A DNA stretch of 64,000 bases from positions 14,077,795 to 14,141,794 of the forward strand of contig JAUZTB010000065.1 in assembly GCA_034780895.1 (NCBI GenBank). The letters run 5' to 3'. Position 1 is the stretch's first letter. Every line of letters begins with the position of its first letter. Positions 1 to 13,201 of this stretch are shown here, in pieces. Both the position numbers and the translations under genes were made by a program. The stretch comes from Rhynchobatus australiae (taxonomy: Eukaryota). The notes below the pieces were generated by a model. That model saw nothing but the letters and a program-made list of their open reading frames with translations. It was not told the DNA's origin and did not search any database.

Positions 1-734
1 CCCTGTCCTTTTTGTGAAGATGTATCTTGTAACTGGAGTTACTTGCTGAAGCTGCCAAGAGCACATACCACCCCGCAACCTCTACCATCAGAAAGGATGA
101 GGGCTTCATCTTGAGGGCTATTGGAGGTTGGGAATAAATGCTGGCTTTCCATCAATAACTGGACTCTGAATTTTATTTAAAAAAATTGAATGCTTGTGAG
201 GAGACTTGATCACTTGCATAGACTGGATTCAGAGCCCCAAGTCCTGTTGCTTGCTTTTTGAATGACCCTTTCTTTTGACGTTGTTTTCTCACCTTGGTTG
301 CTCCCCCACTCTGCCTTGCTTTGTCCATTGATCTTTTTGAGTGAGGTGTCCAAAAAATTGAAAGGACTGAACCCAGGAAGTTGTTTGTTGAAATAATGTT
401 GACGGTCTTGAGGAGGTGGAGTACTGAATTAAAGCACAGATAGTATTAATGGATCTGTTGACAGTCCTTCCAGCTGTTAACTGCTGTNNNNNNNNNNNNN
501 NNNNNNNNNNNNNNNNNNNNNNNNNNNNNNNNNNNNNNNNNNNNNNNNNNNNNNNNNNNNNNNNNNNNNNNNNNNNNNNNNNNNNNNTGCTGTACAAATC
601 CCACTTTGGAAAACACCCCTGTGTATTTGTTGATTAAAGATGTACTATTTGAAGTCCATCACATTGATGCTGAGTGCGCATTAGCTGATTTATTTTTTCC
701 CAAATGAAAAGAGCATAGCCCTGCTGCAATCCAT

Positions 735-1080
735 TGCCTTCCTTGACCACCCTCAATTTTGACTTCTGCTTCTGCCTCCTTCCACTCCAGAATTTTGCTC
801 TTAACTCACCCACTTCTTACCCCAGCACCAAGTCAAATGTGTCCTGCTTTGGCTCGCGCTCTTCCACCTCCCCACCCTCTTGCTTTTTCACTCCATTCCC
901 CCTCCCTTGGTTTCACGTTCTCCTGCTTTGCTGACCCACTTCACAGTCCTCTCCATTCTTCCATCCCTCCCACCACCCTACTTTTGCTCTCTGCCCTTGC
1001 TCCCACTGCCTTGCTCTCTCACACCCTTTCTCCCACTATCTTGGTTTCTCTCTCTGCCCTTACCATTTATTAATACTTAC
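735..1080 (+). repeat. Pyrimidine-rich (C/T) low-complexity tract
   Basis: About 340 nt strongly C/T-biased; a purine-rich tract occurs at about 39770-39925. Confidence 0.6.
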
Positions 1081-1094
1081 TTTTCTTTTTGCAG

Positions 1095-1126
1095 GTCCTC
1101 CTTCACCAACTAAAATGCCAAACACT
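1095..1126 (+). CDS. MAGI3: MAGI3 32-nt internal exon, (G)PPSPTKMPNT
   Basis: ttttgcag acceptor and gtaagt donor; resembles recalled human GPPSPTKTAKM; ends phase 0, in frame with the next exon. Confidence 0.8.
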
Positions 1127-1324
1127 GTAAGTTTCAAAGCTTTCTCATGATGGTGGGAGTGGGATTTGGGGAGCCTCGTATTCCTTTTGTCTCTCCCAGA
1201 GCAGAGGTCGGGAGCCAGAGTCAAGCAGATCCTTGCAAGCAAATTGCAACTCATCTGTATCTACCTTGTAGTGGTGTTATCCCCATATCAATTTAAATTT
1301 GAAGCCAAATGTCTGGAGAATGCA

Positions 1325-1565
1325 ATTGGGGAAAGATTTAAAAGGGACCTGAGGGGCAGCTTTTTCCACAGAGCGTGGTGGGTACGTGGAATGAGCTGCC
1401 AGAGGAAGTAGTGGATCGAGCTGGGTACAATTACAACATTTAAAAGACATTTGTACATGAATAAGAAAGGTTAGAATGGGCCAAATGCAGGCAAATGGGA
1501 CTAGCTCAGGTAGGCAACTTGGTTGGCATGAATGAGTTGGGCTGAATGGCCTTTTTCTGTGTAGT
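1325..1565 (+). mobile_element. CR1-type LINE 3' fragment
   Basis: GERFKRDLRGSFF..WNELPEEVV-like ORF2 end followed by gggctgaatggcc..ctgtgt 3' tail. Confidence 0.75.
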
Positions 1566-2038
1566 AGTGAACTGAGGAAAAGCACAATGCTTTGGTGATG
1601 CAAATCCCAAATAAAACCAAAATACAAGAAAACCCAGCAGTTCAAATGGCATGTATGGTGGGGAAAAATCACATTAGCACTTCAGCTTGATGATCTTTTA
1701 CCAGATTTGGAGGATTTTAAGCCCTTATATTTTAAAGTTAAAGTGGCAGTTGGAGTTTGGTTTATGGGAAGAAAGGGGAAGTTCTGTAGAGAGGGCAGGA
1801 GTGACTAATCAAAGTGTGAAAAGGAAAAATTGGAATTTAAAATTGGTGTTATAGGCACAAGTGTCCAGAAAAGGTGTAAATGATTAAAGCGGGAAGAGAG
1901 CTTGGAGAAGAGATCTTGAAATGTGAAGAGGCCCCAGGAATGCAGACCTAGATTGACTGCCTTGTGTTACTATGCAACTTGGATTTTTACTGGTTTTTCC
2001 AAAGAACTGTTTTTCATCTCCTGATTTTTCTTTCCTAG

Positions 2039-2201
2039 ACATCAGAGCATGAAGAAAATCAAGCAACTTCCCAGAATGTCTCCCCAGGCCTCCCCATCCC
2101 CCAGCCCATGCCCTTCCCTCCCAATGCTGTGAGGCCCTCCTCTCCCAAACGTGACCCCACTGAGGTGTACATACAATCCAAGACAATATTCGACAACAGA
2201 C
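2039..2201 (+). CDS. MAGI3: MAGI3 exon, [44 protein letters not shown]
   Basis: tttcctag acceptor and gtaagt donor; matches human [21 protein letters not shown]. Confidence 0.9.
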
Positions 2202-2379
2202 GTAAGTGGTGGTCCATGAGTCAATTTAGGATACTGCGATCTGTACAGTATATAGCAGCTGTGTCAGGAATCCATGCTTTGGGTTTCTGGATGTACCTGA
2301 GATTGGGGGAGAGAGATGATGCAATTTGTAAATGAATGCTATTTGGAGGATGAAATCTGCTTAAGTATAAAAGTAAATT

Positions 2380-2700
2380 CCTGATCCAAATCTGATCTGA
2401 CCAAGACCAACGTGAACCTGGTCTGAGCCTGGAAACTTGTAATTTTTTTTTCCTGACCTGACCAACACCATAAAATAACAATTTCATAATTCTATTGTGG
2501 ATGAAAGACTAAATATTAATCAAGAATAGGGGAGACGTGAGGTAATTCCAAGCAAATCATACTCTCCTGGATAAAGTATAGAGCCGGGCTAACAAGACCC
2601 AAACTGACCTAAACTTTTTCATAATATACACGTGACTTGACTTGAACTGAACTGAAGCAAAGTCTGGTCCATTTGATCTCGGGTCAGGTAACCAGTCTTG
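2380..2700. mobile_element. Degraded non-autonomous DNA transposon with decayed (ACCCG/ACCTG)n subterminal repeats, hAT-like
   Basis: Repeated cctgac/ctgacc/cttgac pentamer variants at both ends; tcgggtcagg near the 3' end. Confidence 0.35.
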
Positions 2701-3717
2701 AATGGAGGGGCATCTAGAGATAAAACACCTTGTGTGAAAAAGCGATCAAATCAAAAACCTGCTCACAGGATTTGAAAAGGAATTGTTTCTCTGAAGGCTA
2801 CTTGTTAGAAAAATGTTTATACTGTAAATATTAGTTTACTTGCAGGATGTTGCTTAAATGCTTGCACTAAATGTATCAGGCAAATGATGGTGGGATTTGA
2901 ACTTGGTGGCTTCATAGTGGCTGATCCAGTTCCAGATATTTTTGCCCATTTTACTAATAACTTAAGTATTCCACGTGAACCTAAATATTACGTTGTATAA
3001 TGGGTGTTAGTTGATTTAGTTTGAGAATGAGATATTTTCCTACTAACATAGTTCTGTCTTCCCCAGTGCCTAAGATAATTGAGTCAATTACTGTGCCATG
3101 CAATCTCAGGAAGAGTTGTAGTTTTAATCCCTATGTGCTCACCCATCTGATCCTACACAACTGATCATCAGTGGCTTGAAGCATTTTATCCAAGTGCTCC
3201 TTGGGTGGGGACAGGAATACTCATTGAGTTCTTGCTCCTAATTCCAGTCTGGTGTCAAAAACTAAGATGTCATCTGCTGGCTAGGATACATATTTAAACC
3301 ATGTGCCAAAGATTTTGGAGCAAAATTAACACAAAGGAAAGCACCCAGTAATTATTCTGCATGAGCATACTTCAAAATGGGGAGAAGAGATTGTGACCTT
3401 GAACTCTGTTGCTGCATACAGTAGTTTCATGGTGCAGTCCAAATCTTGGCTCTTGGCATAGGAGTGACTCTCATCCTATCTAGCAAACAGATACAAGGCA
3501 AAGAGATTATGACATGCTGGCTCAAAGAAATAGAGCTGCTTTGATTGCACACACAAGGGCCTGGAATAGACTGTTCTAATGTCTATTCTTATCAATTTTG
3601 ATAACTTCTATGACCATGGTATTCCCTTTGCCTGTTTCCATGACCACTGCATCCTTTTGACAGCTTCCACACCAGTTTTATCACTTCTGACACCTTTTGG
3701 GTTTCCTTGTCACTTAG

Positions 3718-3809
3718 CTCCGAACACTAAAGACATTGACATCTTCCTGCGTAAACTGGAGAGTGGATTTGGATTTAGAGTGCTTGGAGGTGATGGACCA
3801 GACACACCT
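3718..3809 (+). CDS. MAGI3: MAGI3 exon, start of a PDZ domain ([30 protein letters not shown])
   Basis: cacttag acceptor and gtaagt donor; GFGF carboxylate-binding loop. Confidence 0.95.
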
Positions 3810-4156
3810 GTAAGTGTTTTCTCACTTTTTTAACCCCTCCTTTCACTCTGCTACTGGTTTATGACCCTTTCTCTTAATCAGTTGACTATAAACTGTTACC
3901 ACTGTGTTAAAATGCAAAAGACTGTGATACTGGTGAGAAGTAACAGATTCAAAGGCAAAGGGCCAGGTGCTGAGTTGACTGATGCATTGGTGATAAGTTT
4001 TCTGTGTCGCTGAGCTGCAGAATTTATCAGCACAATCTGTCTATATCACAGCCAGCTAGTTGGTGAACCTGCTCCAAGGCTGGTGTGATATTTAAAGACA
4101 TGTAGATCTGGGACTTAACTCACTTTTTGCTCTTTCTACCCCATTCCCATTATCAG

Positions 4157-4349
4157 GTTCTGATTGGAGCCATAATCCCACTGGGAGCAGCTGAGCGAGA
4201 CGGGCGTCTTCGTGTGGCTGATGAGCTGCTGTGTGTTGATGGAGTCTCGGTCAAAGGGAGGTCTCATCGCTTTGTGTTAGAACTGATGCAAAATGCAACA
4301 CGAAATGGCCAGGTGTTGCTGTCAGTCAGGAGGAATGTCCTGCCTACTG
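4157..4349 (+). CDS. MAGI3: MAGI3 exon, PDZ domain ([37 protein letters not shown])
   Basis: tatcag acceptor and gtgagt donor; PDZ core. Confidence 0.95.
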
Positions 4350-4709
4350 GTGAGTGTGCCTGGAGGGGGCAAGTATACACAGCGCAATTTAAACTCGTGC
4401 CATTCCTAGGGAATGCAGGTCTGGGATTTTTCAATGGCCCACCCTGTTCTACATTAATAATCAGAATCNNNNNNNNNNNNNNNNNNNNNNNNNNNNNNNN
4501 NNNNNNNNNNNNNNNNNNNNNNNNNNNNNNNNNNNNNNNNNNNNNNNNNNNNNNNNNNNNNNNNNNNNNNNNNNNNNNNNNNNAATTCACAAAATCTTTT
4601 CATGTCCTAACTCTGATGATGATGATGATGCTTGTTTGTTTGGATGAGTTAAGTCCTACAGCACTTAAAACTCAATATCATTCAGGATGAAGCAGCTTGC
4701 TTGATTGGA

Positions 4710-4870
4710 GACACAAGACTGCAGATGCTGGAATCTATAGCAACAATGAATCTGCTGGAGGAATGCATTTGTGGAAGTAAAGGATTTCCTGCATCAGGGA
4801 AACGCTGACAGTTCATTTCCTCTCATCGATGCTGCTTGACCTGTTGAGTTCCTCCAGCAGATTGTTGGTC
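4710..4870. repeat. Short internally palindromic interspersed repeat (ctgcagatgctggaatc..ctgctggaggaa / ttcctccagcag)
   Basis: Inverted arms visible; related copies near 6690, 14410, 31090, 32570, 38550, 44910, 51000 and 53750. Confidence 0.7.
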
Positions 4871-5179
4871 CAGTTTGCTTGATTGGTGTCCCCCCCCTCT
4901 CTGCACTATGCAGCATTTTCAGAATGCACTGCAGCAACTTTTCAAGGTTTTGTCAATGCTTTGAAACCTAGAAGGACGTAGTCATCAGGTGTTTGAATAT
5001 GCTACCATCTTCAGGTTGCAATGCATCCCAACTTGGGCAATTCTTTCATTGCCACCGAATCAAAATTCTGGTATTTTTCTCTTGCAAAATTTTGTGTGCA
5101 CCTTCTTCATTGCCACTATTTCAAGAGCAACTAGGGGAGGCCGTACTTGAAGGGGAAATTTGCAGGGCTGTTTAAACCG

Positions 5180-5650
5180 GAAGAGGTTTACCAAGATACT
5201 CCTTGGATTAGAGGGTGTGTGCTATAAAGAGAAGTTGGACAAACTGAAGTTGTTTTCTCTGGAGCGGCGGAGGCTGAGGGAAGACCTGATAGAATTTATA
5301 AGNNNNNNNNNNNNNNNNNNNNNNNNNNNNNNNNNNNNNNNNNNNNNNNNNNNNNNNNNNNNNNNNNNNNNNNNNNNNNNNNNNNNNNNNNNNNNNNNNN
5401 NNNNNNNNNNNNNNNNNNNNNNNNNNNNNNNNNNNNNNNNNNNNNNNNNNNNNNNNNNNNNNNNNNNNNNNNNNNNNNNNNNNNNNNNNNNNNNNNNNNN
5501 NNNNNNNNNNNNNNNNNNNNNNNNNNNNNNNNNNNNNNNNNNNNNNNNNNNNNNNNNNNNNNNNNNNNNNNNNNNNNNNNNNNNNNNNNNCACAACATTG
5601 TGGGACAAAGGGCTTGTTTCTGTGCTGTGTGTGTGTGTTCTATGTGTTCA
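5180..5650 (+). mobile_element. CR1-type LINE 3' fragment spanning an assembly gap
   Basis: KRFTKILLGLEGVCYKEKLDKLKLFSLERRRLREDLIE; CR1 tail after the gap. Confidence 0.75.
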
Positions 5651-5860
5651 GTTGAGAAAGTGAAGGGAGGCAGACTAATTGAAGAACTCAAGCCCACACA
5701 GGCTTGCTGTGCCAAATTGCCTGTGTTCTGGTTCTGTGAACCATCAGTCTTGCCTTGGATGACTCTATCCTGAGAACAAGATGTGTTTAAAAAGTGCACT
5801 GTTTAGCTTCATCCCCTTCATGTGACTCATCCACCCTCTCAATAACTTTCTCTACAACAG

Positions 5861-6070
5861 AAGACCAGCATGATGATGGTCGAGATGCAAGTTCGGATCC
5901 TGCAGAGAACGGCTCGCCACGGATGAATCACACAGACCATACGCACAGGCTGCCCCAGGGCCCCAACTCAACTGAGTCTACACAGTCATATGATATTGTC
6001 CTGCAACGTAAGGAGACTGAAGGGTTTGGCTTTGTCATTATCACCTCAAAGAACAGATCCCCGGCTGTTG
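5861..6070 (+). CDS. MAGI3: MAGI3 exon, linker and start of next PDZ (..[34 protein letters not shown])
   Basis: acaacag acceptor and gtgagt donor; matches human [29 protein letters not shown]. Confidence 0.93.
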
Positions 6071-8060
6071 GTGAGTACAACATGGTGGTCTTCATAATGT
6101 AGTATTGCTAGGAAGGAAATATGGACCCTGCATGCATTGGGATGAATCAGCAGATCAGATCAGAATGAATCTCCACTTCTGTGGATTCTTGACTCTTGCT
6201 AGGATAATGGTTCCATGGGTATCATTGTGTCAGCTGCCACCTACTGCCCATTCTTGTGTGATCCTCTGATCTGGCATCACTAATCGTCATAGCCGAGATG
6301 ATCCACATAACTTCCCAATATCCATCTGGCCCCAAGGGATTGAGCAGGAACCTAATGGATGGTTGGCACATTGATGCAATGTGTAGTATTCTTGCCTGCT
6401 CTGAGGCAAGTCACAGATTAAGTGGGCCAGGGGCAACCCCACTGTGTAGCAAATAGTGGCCAGAATCTGAAAACCACTTGCCCTTCATGCATGCACTTGC
6501 TTTGGCTCGTTTTCTATTTTCAGATCGAATGTTTTGGCTTCAGTCTGTGCTCTTGGGTTAATAAGTCATGCACCAATTATCCTGAACTTTGATCTATTTT
6601 GCTTATTTTTAATAGTACAGTAAAGATATGATAGTACCTCTGTAAATACAGGGGAGATTTACAAATCAGTTGGGACAAAGGGTCACAGACCCAAAACATG
6701 GACTGTTTCTCTTTCCACAGATGTTGCCTAACCTGCTGCTGAATTTTTCCAGCATTAGTTATTTGATTTTCATTAACAAGTATATTGCCCTGACTGGGAT
6801 ATTTTGGTTAGGCAAGATTGGCTAGGCTGGGTTGTTTTAAGAACAAGTGACTGAGGGAAGATTTAGTTGAGGTGTGAAATTGTGTGTGTGTTTGTGGGAA
6901 GAACTACTTCACTTACCAGGGAGCCATAGATTAAGGTAGAAGGATTAGAGGGGACTTGATTTTTTTTAATGTAAAGAATAATGGGGATCCAGTCACTGCC
7001 TGAAAGACTGCTGGAGTCAGAAATCCTCCCCACAGTTAAGAAGTACCTAGATGATCGCTAGAAATGCTGTGACCTGCAGGCTATGAACTATACATTTTTT
7101 TTCACATTGCTTTTTGNNNNNNNNNNNNNNNNNNNNNNNNNNNNNNNNNNNNNNNNNNNNNNNNNNNNNNNNNNNNNNNNNNNNNNNNNNNNNNNNNNNN
7201 NNNNNNNNNNNNNNNNATTTTTTTTCACATTGCTTTTTGATGTGGGCTGAACATGCCATTTTTTTGATTCTGTGAAACATTCTGATTGCAAATTCTTCCA
7301 AGTATTCTTAACTTTGTTTTTCCTACAATGAATTATCCCTTAATTATTATTAAACATTTTCCCATTTTGTGTATAACATTTTTCCAAGTCTTCCATGAGG
7401 GTTTTCAGTGTAATCTGCCACCTAATGGCCAGGTTCAGACACACTACATGTTTTACCTTCATGGTCTTTAGGGAGTGTCAACAAATAATTTCTTCTGCCT
7501 GCGTTACTCCTACGTAACCCAACCATCTCTCTCTCTCCTGGTATGGCATTTATTGGGGGAAATATAAACTGATACAAAACCACTTTGAGATGGGAAGGTT
7601 GAGGTAGAATACAACTGGAGATAATTCTACCTTTTTCTGGATGTCCATTGTAGAGTTCTGTTTAATCCACAGTTCAATTAGATTACAGTTGATTGTATCT
7701 CAACTCCATCAATCTATTTTATTATCCATAATAACGTTGTCTAACATAACCCTTTAATCTCAGTTTTGAAAATTTTAATTAACACATCCTTCTACTACTC
7801 ACTATAAAGAGGCAATTTCTGATGCTAGTCCTGAATGGCTGAGATCTAATTCTGAGGCAATGGCCCTTGTTCTGGATTCTCTGACCAGAAGAAATAACTT
7901 TTCACTCTCTACCATTGGTATTTCTTTAATAATCATAAACAGCACAATTAGATCACCCCTTAATCTTCTATTTATTAGGGAATGTAATCTATTGTACAAC
8001 CTACACCTTAATTATTTTCTTTAATTAACCTGTACTCCCTCTTGATTCTAATCAGATTAA

Positions 8061-8378
<318 letters not shown>

Positions 8379-9682
8379 TGATTAACCTGTAGATGTTGTC
8401 TGTTGCTGATGCCAACACATCCTGGGAGTTGGATATAGGACATGGCCATCAAAGAGGCAACCTTGCCAGGGATAGCCCCTTCTCCCAAACCTCTAGGTCC
8501 CAGGTAATTGAAAAGGGGCACATCCAACAAGTGGATGTCTGAGACTTGAGTGCTAGATTCCCAAAGCTTGGGCACAGTGTCTGGTCTCACTGTAACCTTT
8601 ACTTATCCATGCCTATAAAGTTTACATACAACTCTATTGCGGCTTCTTTCGCCCTACTGCCGACAGAGTGGTGAAAGAAGCTAGATGTGGCCTACCACTC
8701 CCATAATCTGCCTGCCAGCTTTGTTCCTTTTGATAATTTGATTGTGGCATTCTGACCTATTGCATTCATTTTCTGCACGATCTAAATTTAGAGCTTTTGC
8801 TGCCAGCTTCTATTTGTGTTGGCAAATGGATCACCATGATTCAAATATCCAGGTTGTCATGCCCAAATACAAAGAAGTTGTGTCCCTAAGCACTTTATTG
8901 TCCAGTGAAGTACGTTTGAAATGCAAGCTGTATTATAATGTGAGGTATCAGTTTAACATGTCACCTGAAAGTCAGTATCACCTCTAGTACATTCTGTACT
9001 CTACTGGGAGTATTGGACAACGTTGTTCGGATCTCTAGCGAAATACATAGTCACCTGCCAGAAAGGCAAGGGTAAAGATCCTTAACGTCCGACCTTGGCT
9101 TCAAAGCATCTGCTACTGCACTAATGAAGCTTTCCTACTTCCCACTAATCTTCCTCTGGTAGAGAAACATTGCCAATCAGTATCCCATTGGGGATAGGTT
9201 TATGCTGCAGACTTGTGCCCACTGGGAATTGTATAAAACTTCAGCATCAGTTTTCACTTAGGATTTTTGTGGCAGGAGAGACATAGGCAATGCTTCCCTG
9301 GCTGGGCCAGATTTGGATTGGATCCCAAAGTTGACGGACTGACCACCTTAATTCCACTGTGCATTCAGGATCCCTCTGATAAACTGTATTGTGAAGTATG
9401 GCATGAATCTATGCAGTGCAAGCTGCTGAGAACTGGTGCCGTTCTATTGGGAGAAGCCTTGCCCTCTTGCTCCAAGTCCTTGGAATGATGGAGAAGAATT
9501 GTTTCCTTCCAGGATTGTTCACTTCGGTTGGCCTGCAGCCTACAGTAGCTGGTATACAGAACTCCGGCCCAGTAGTACCTGGACCTGTGGAGCATTGACT
9601 TGTCAGGAGATTCTTGCTGAATGTTCTTGTTGAAACAATGAGCTCACTGAATCTATTAACGCACTTTCACTTTGTCTTCAAG

Positions 9683-9791
9683 ATGTGACTGGCCCTCCTT
9701 CAGGAGGCAGCTCAGCCAGACAGAGTCCGGCCTTGCAACACAAACCTATGGGACAAACTCCAACACTACACGTCCCAGCACAGGACAACAG
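9683..9791 (+). CDS. MAGI3: MAGI3 exon, [36 protein letters not shown]
   Basis: ttcaag acceptor and gtgaga donor; matches human [22 protein letters not shown]; absent from the ORF track. Confidence 0.9.
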
Positions 9792-10097
9792 GTGAGAGGC
9801 CTAGTCACTCTGTGGCTCAAGAGCATGTAGTTGTGAACCTGCACTGAGCTCGTAGACCGTTGTAGTGGAACAGGTTAGCCTGGGCTTGGCTGTCAGTGGT
9901 TTGGTGCCCTCCTGTAGCTTTGATTGTTCCCAAATGGTGTGTTCCTCGTTGTGCCTGATGGGAGGGTTGCTGGGAGAGGTGAGCATTGGGAGTGGTGTCA
10001 TGGCAGTGAGGTGACTGAGTTGGGGAGGGTGGGGAAGGAATGAGGGATTTGAAGTGTGAGACGATTGGGCTCATACTGTTAGTTTTCTGTTCAACAG

Positions 10098-10242
10098 CAA
10101 GACAGACACAGATGAAAGGAGCAGTGGGCAGTCGCGTGACTTCGTAAAACCACCTTCCTCTAACTACAGGCAGCCAGCATCCGATCAGTACCTTCAGCCA
10201 GCTGCCGACAGAGAGACATGGGCTGCAGGCGGCAGACCTCAG
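10098..10242 (+). CDS. MAGI3: MAGI3 exon, divergent linker SKTDTDERSSGQSRDFVKPPSSNYRQPASDQYLQPAADRETWAAGGRPQ
   Basis: tcaacag acceptor and gtaccg donor; open frame, phase 2 to 0, bridges the neighbouring exons exactly. Confidence 0.8.
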
Positions 10243-10794
10243 GTACCGTCCACACTGGCTCTTTTATTGTGATCTATTGGCAAAAGAGTCCAAGGGTTTG
10301 AGGCCAAGATCTTATGTCTCCCACTATCACATTCACCAGCTGACTACATAAATGCTTTCTTCCTAATTTTCAGATTTAATCCCAAAACACAGCAGTTTCC
10401 ATCTTTTCCTGTATTTTCCAGCCTAAAAATTCTGTTTTCTTGGATGAATGTAATTTAGCTGTAGAAAATTTAAAAGCAAGGAAGTTGGACTGGACCTCAA
10501 ATCACTAGTTAGGCCTGAGTTAGAGTATTGTGTCCCATTCTGGACACATTGTTCTAGGATGCCTAGTTCTTGGGAATGGGCACTCAGGCAATTCACTGAA
10601 GTAGTATTTGGGATACAGAACCAGAGAGAAGCTGGGGTTGTCTTCCCTTCAGAGCTGCGTTGGGTTACAGGGATGTGCATGACTGAATGGCTTCAATTAA
10701 ATACAGAGAAACTGTCTATGTTCAGACTATTGCTAGGAAATAGAGTACACGAATTTGGTAAAAGAAAACAATGTTTACACAGTATTGTAATCAG

Positions 10795-11230
10795 GCACGG
10801 TACATGGTAGTGTAGCGTTTAGCATGACGCTATTACAGCACCAGTGACCCAAGTTCAGTTCTGGCCGGTGTTTGTAAGAAGTCTGTACGTTCTCCCCGTG
10901 TCTGCGTGGGGTTCCTCCAGGTGCTCCGGTTTCCTCCCACATTTCAAAGACATATGGGTTAGGAAGTTATGGGCATGCTGTGTTGGTGCTGGAAGTGTGG
11001 CAACACTTGCGGGCTGCCCCAGGAACACTCTGCAAAAGATGCATTTCACTGTGTTTTNNNNNNNNNNNNNNNNNNNNNNNNNNNNNNNNNNNNNNNNNNN
11101 NNNNNNNNNNNNNNNNNNNNNNNNNNNNNNNNNNNNNNNNNNNNNNNNNNNNNNNNNAGCCCTCCGGGCTGCCCCCAGCACACTCTGCAAAAGATGCATT
11201 TCACTGTGTTTTCTGATGTAAAACTAATAA
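10795..11230 (+). mobile_element. tRNA-derived V-SINE
   Basis: tRNA-like head (tggtagtgtagcgtttagc..) followed by the V-domain core tctccccgtgtctgcgtgggg..ggtgctccggtttcctcccacatt. Confidence 0.8.
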
Positions 11231-11873
11231 AGATTTCTTATTTTATAATCTGGAATGTGCTTCCTGAGGTGGTTGTAGTCACTTTTAAAAGGGAATTGTA
11301 TAAACATGGGGAAATAGTACCAGATCTTGGGGGAATGGGATTAGTTGGATAAATGTGCCAGGGAACTGACACAGTTATTGGGTCAAATTGTCTCCCTCTG
11401 AATTCAATGATCTTAACTGTGCCTGATTCTGATTAGCCCAAAAAGGGTCCCATGGTGCAGTAACTTTTACTGGACTATTAATCCCAAGATTGCATTCAAA
11501 GCACACCTTAAGAAATTTAAGTTTTTAAACTCTAAGCCAGATAGGTTAAAATGTGCACGATATTCTGATGTTGAATCCAATTGGTTCACTAATGGCAAGG
11601 AAATGTTTCTGCCTCTGTGACTGCAGTTCCACAGCAATGCGGTTCTCTGTTTGACTTGGTCTGCCCTCGTACATCGTTCAGGCAGGGCAAATAGGACAGT
11701 AAATGCCAATGGCCTTCCCAGTGTCACCCACATGAAATATATGACTTAAAAAGCATGACTAAATGTTTAATACTTGGAACACAACTTGTCGTCTACTGTG
11801 TTACTTGTGTTTGGGTTTTAAAGTGCTGCAAGTTGTCTTCCTTCTCACTCCTGGCTTCTGTGTTTGCAAACAG

Positions 11874-12017
11874 AACTCTGATTGCTTCCCTGTTGAATTG
11901 GAGAGGGGGCCCCGAGGGTTTGGATTCAGTGTTCGTGGTGGCAAGGAGTACAACATGGGACTCTTCATCCTCCGGCTGGCTGAAGGAGGTGCAGCATTAC
12001 TGGATGGCAGAATCCAA
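11874..12017 (+). CDS. MAGI3: MAGI3 exon, last PDZ part 1 ([48 protein letters not shown])
   Basis: aaacag acceptor and gtaagt donor; strong match to recalled human MAGI3. Confidence 0.95.
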
Positions 12018-12094
12018 GTAAGTTCTTTAAAGCAGATTTGCTTCAGTTGTAGAGGAAATGCCATGGCACACTTGGGTTTACAGTAACGTCACAA

Positions 12095-12511
12095 CAGGTA
12101 GCCCCAGGTTATGACTGGGTTCCTGAGAATTGTTCATAACCCGTATTTTGTTTTGTAAGTTGGAAACAAACAAAAAGACCTTTGGGAAAGGATCAGGAAA
12201 ACAGCTGTGACAGGAGAGCAAGCAGATGCGGGAAGGGTGCCCGCCAGCTGGCCCCACTGACTGAGTGAGTGGGTCTGCTCAGCTCTCCGAGCTCTGCTTT
12301 GCTGGACCCAGCCCGATCATTGCCACTGGACGGGTGATGGAAGAGGAAGAGAGAAGGAATGCAGAAGTGCCCATTCCCACCTAGTAGAAGATGTCTGCAG
12401 TCTTGCAGCAGTCAGCAAATCCATCCCCATCCATTCTGCCAGTCTCTCAGTCACTCACTCGTATGTGTGAGGTGTCCATAAATCAGGTGTTCATAACCTG
12501 TGGAGGGCCTG
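12095..12511. mobile_element. Tc1/mariner (Tigger-like) MITE
   Basis: Imperfect TIRs caggtagccccaggttatga .. tcataacctgtggagggcctg, followed by TA on the right. Confidence 0.6.
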
Positions 12512-13062
12512 TATGATGACCCACCCCACTCTGGGCATCTCTGGCCTGGGTTCTTCATCTCTCAGTGGTGGGTTGGGGAGATGGTATCTCAGCTGGGGAG
12601 GGGAGATGGTATCATCTGAGCAGTGTTTTTGTTATGGAGCAAGGAGACCCTCACAGTGAGAGAACACATGACAGTGCAGTTTAAGCCAGCTGTGAGAAAT
12701 GATGACTGTTGCCTTTTTAAATACTGCAGAAGCAAACTTGCTGTGTTGCAGAGCATTCTTTGCACATTACCATGAGGAATGGGACTGATCTGATAATGCA
12801 GCTATAATGGACCAAATGATTTGCTCAGTGCTGAACATGCTATATTGTGATTAGACTAAAAGGGTCCGGTGGAGTAGTAATGTACTGGGTTATTAATTCC
12901 GATCTGCCCTCCACAGCTTCCTTCCCCCTGCACTGGCTCACTGCCCATTTTTGTAGATGTCTCCAGTTGCAAGGTGCACAATACCTTTCTCATTTGCCTC
13001 CTGTGACACATCCACATCAGTCGGGTGTGATTTATCTGTCCCCTCTGTTTCCACTCTTGCAG

Positions 13063-13201
13063 GTTGGTGACCAGATAGTTGAAATTAATGGCGAGTCCAC
13101 ACAAGGAATCACACACAAAAGAGCCATCGAGCTGATTCAGTCCGGAGGCAGGAAAGCGCATCTTGTCCTGAAGCCAGGCATAGGTCAGGTGCCTGACTTT
13201 G
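13063..13201 (+). CDS. MAGI3: MAGI3 exon, last PDZ part 2 ([38 protein letters not shown])
   Basis: cttgcag acceptor and gtgggt donor. Confidence 0.95.

Noticed and set aside
734-1113. Pro/Leu/Ser-rich ORFs in all three plus frames
   Set aside because: By-product of the pyrimidine-rich low-complexity tract
7090-7240. Direct repeats flanking ~100-N gaps (also near 11010-11212, 23346-23502 and 31506-31628)
   Set aside because: Near-identical sequence on both sides of fixed-size gaps indicates unmerged overlapping contig ends, not real duplications or TSDs
10795-10870. Possible tRNA gene
   Set aside because: It is the degenerate tRNA-derived head of a V-SINE; no full cloverleaf
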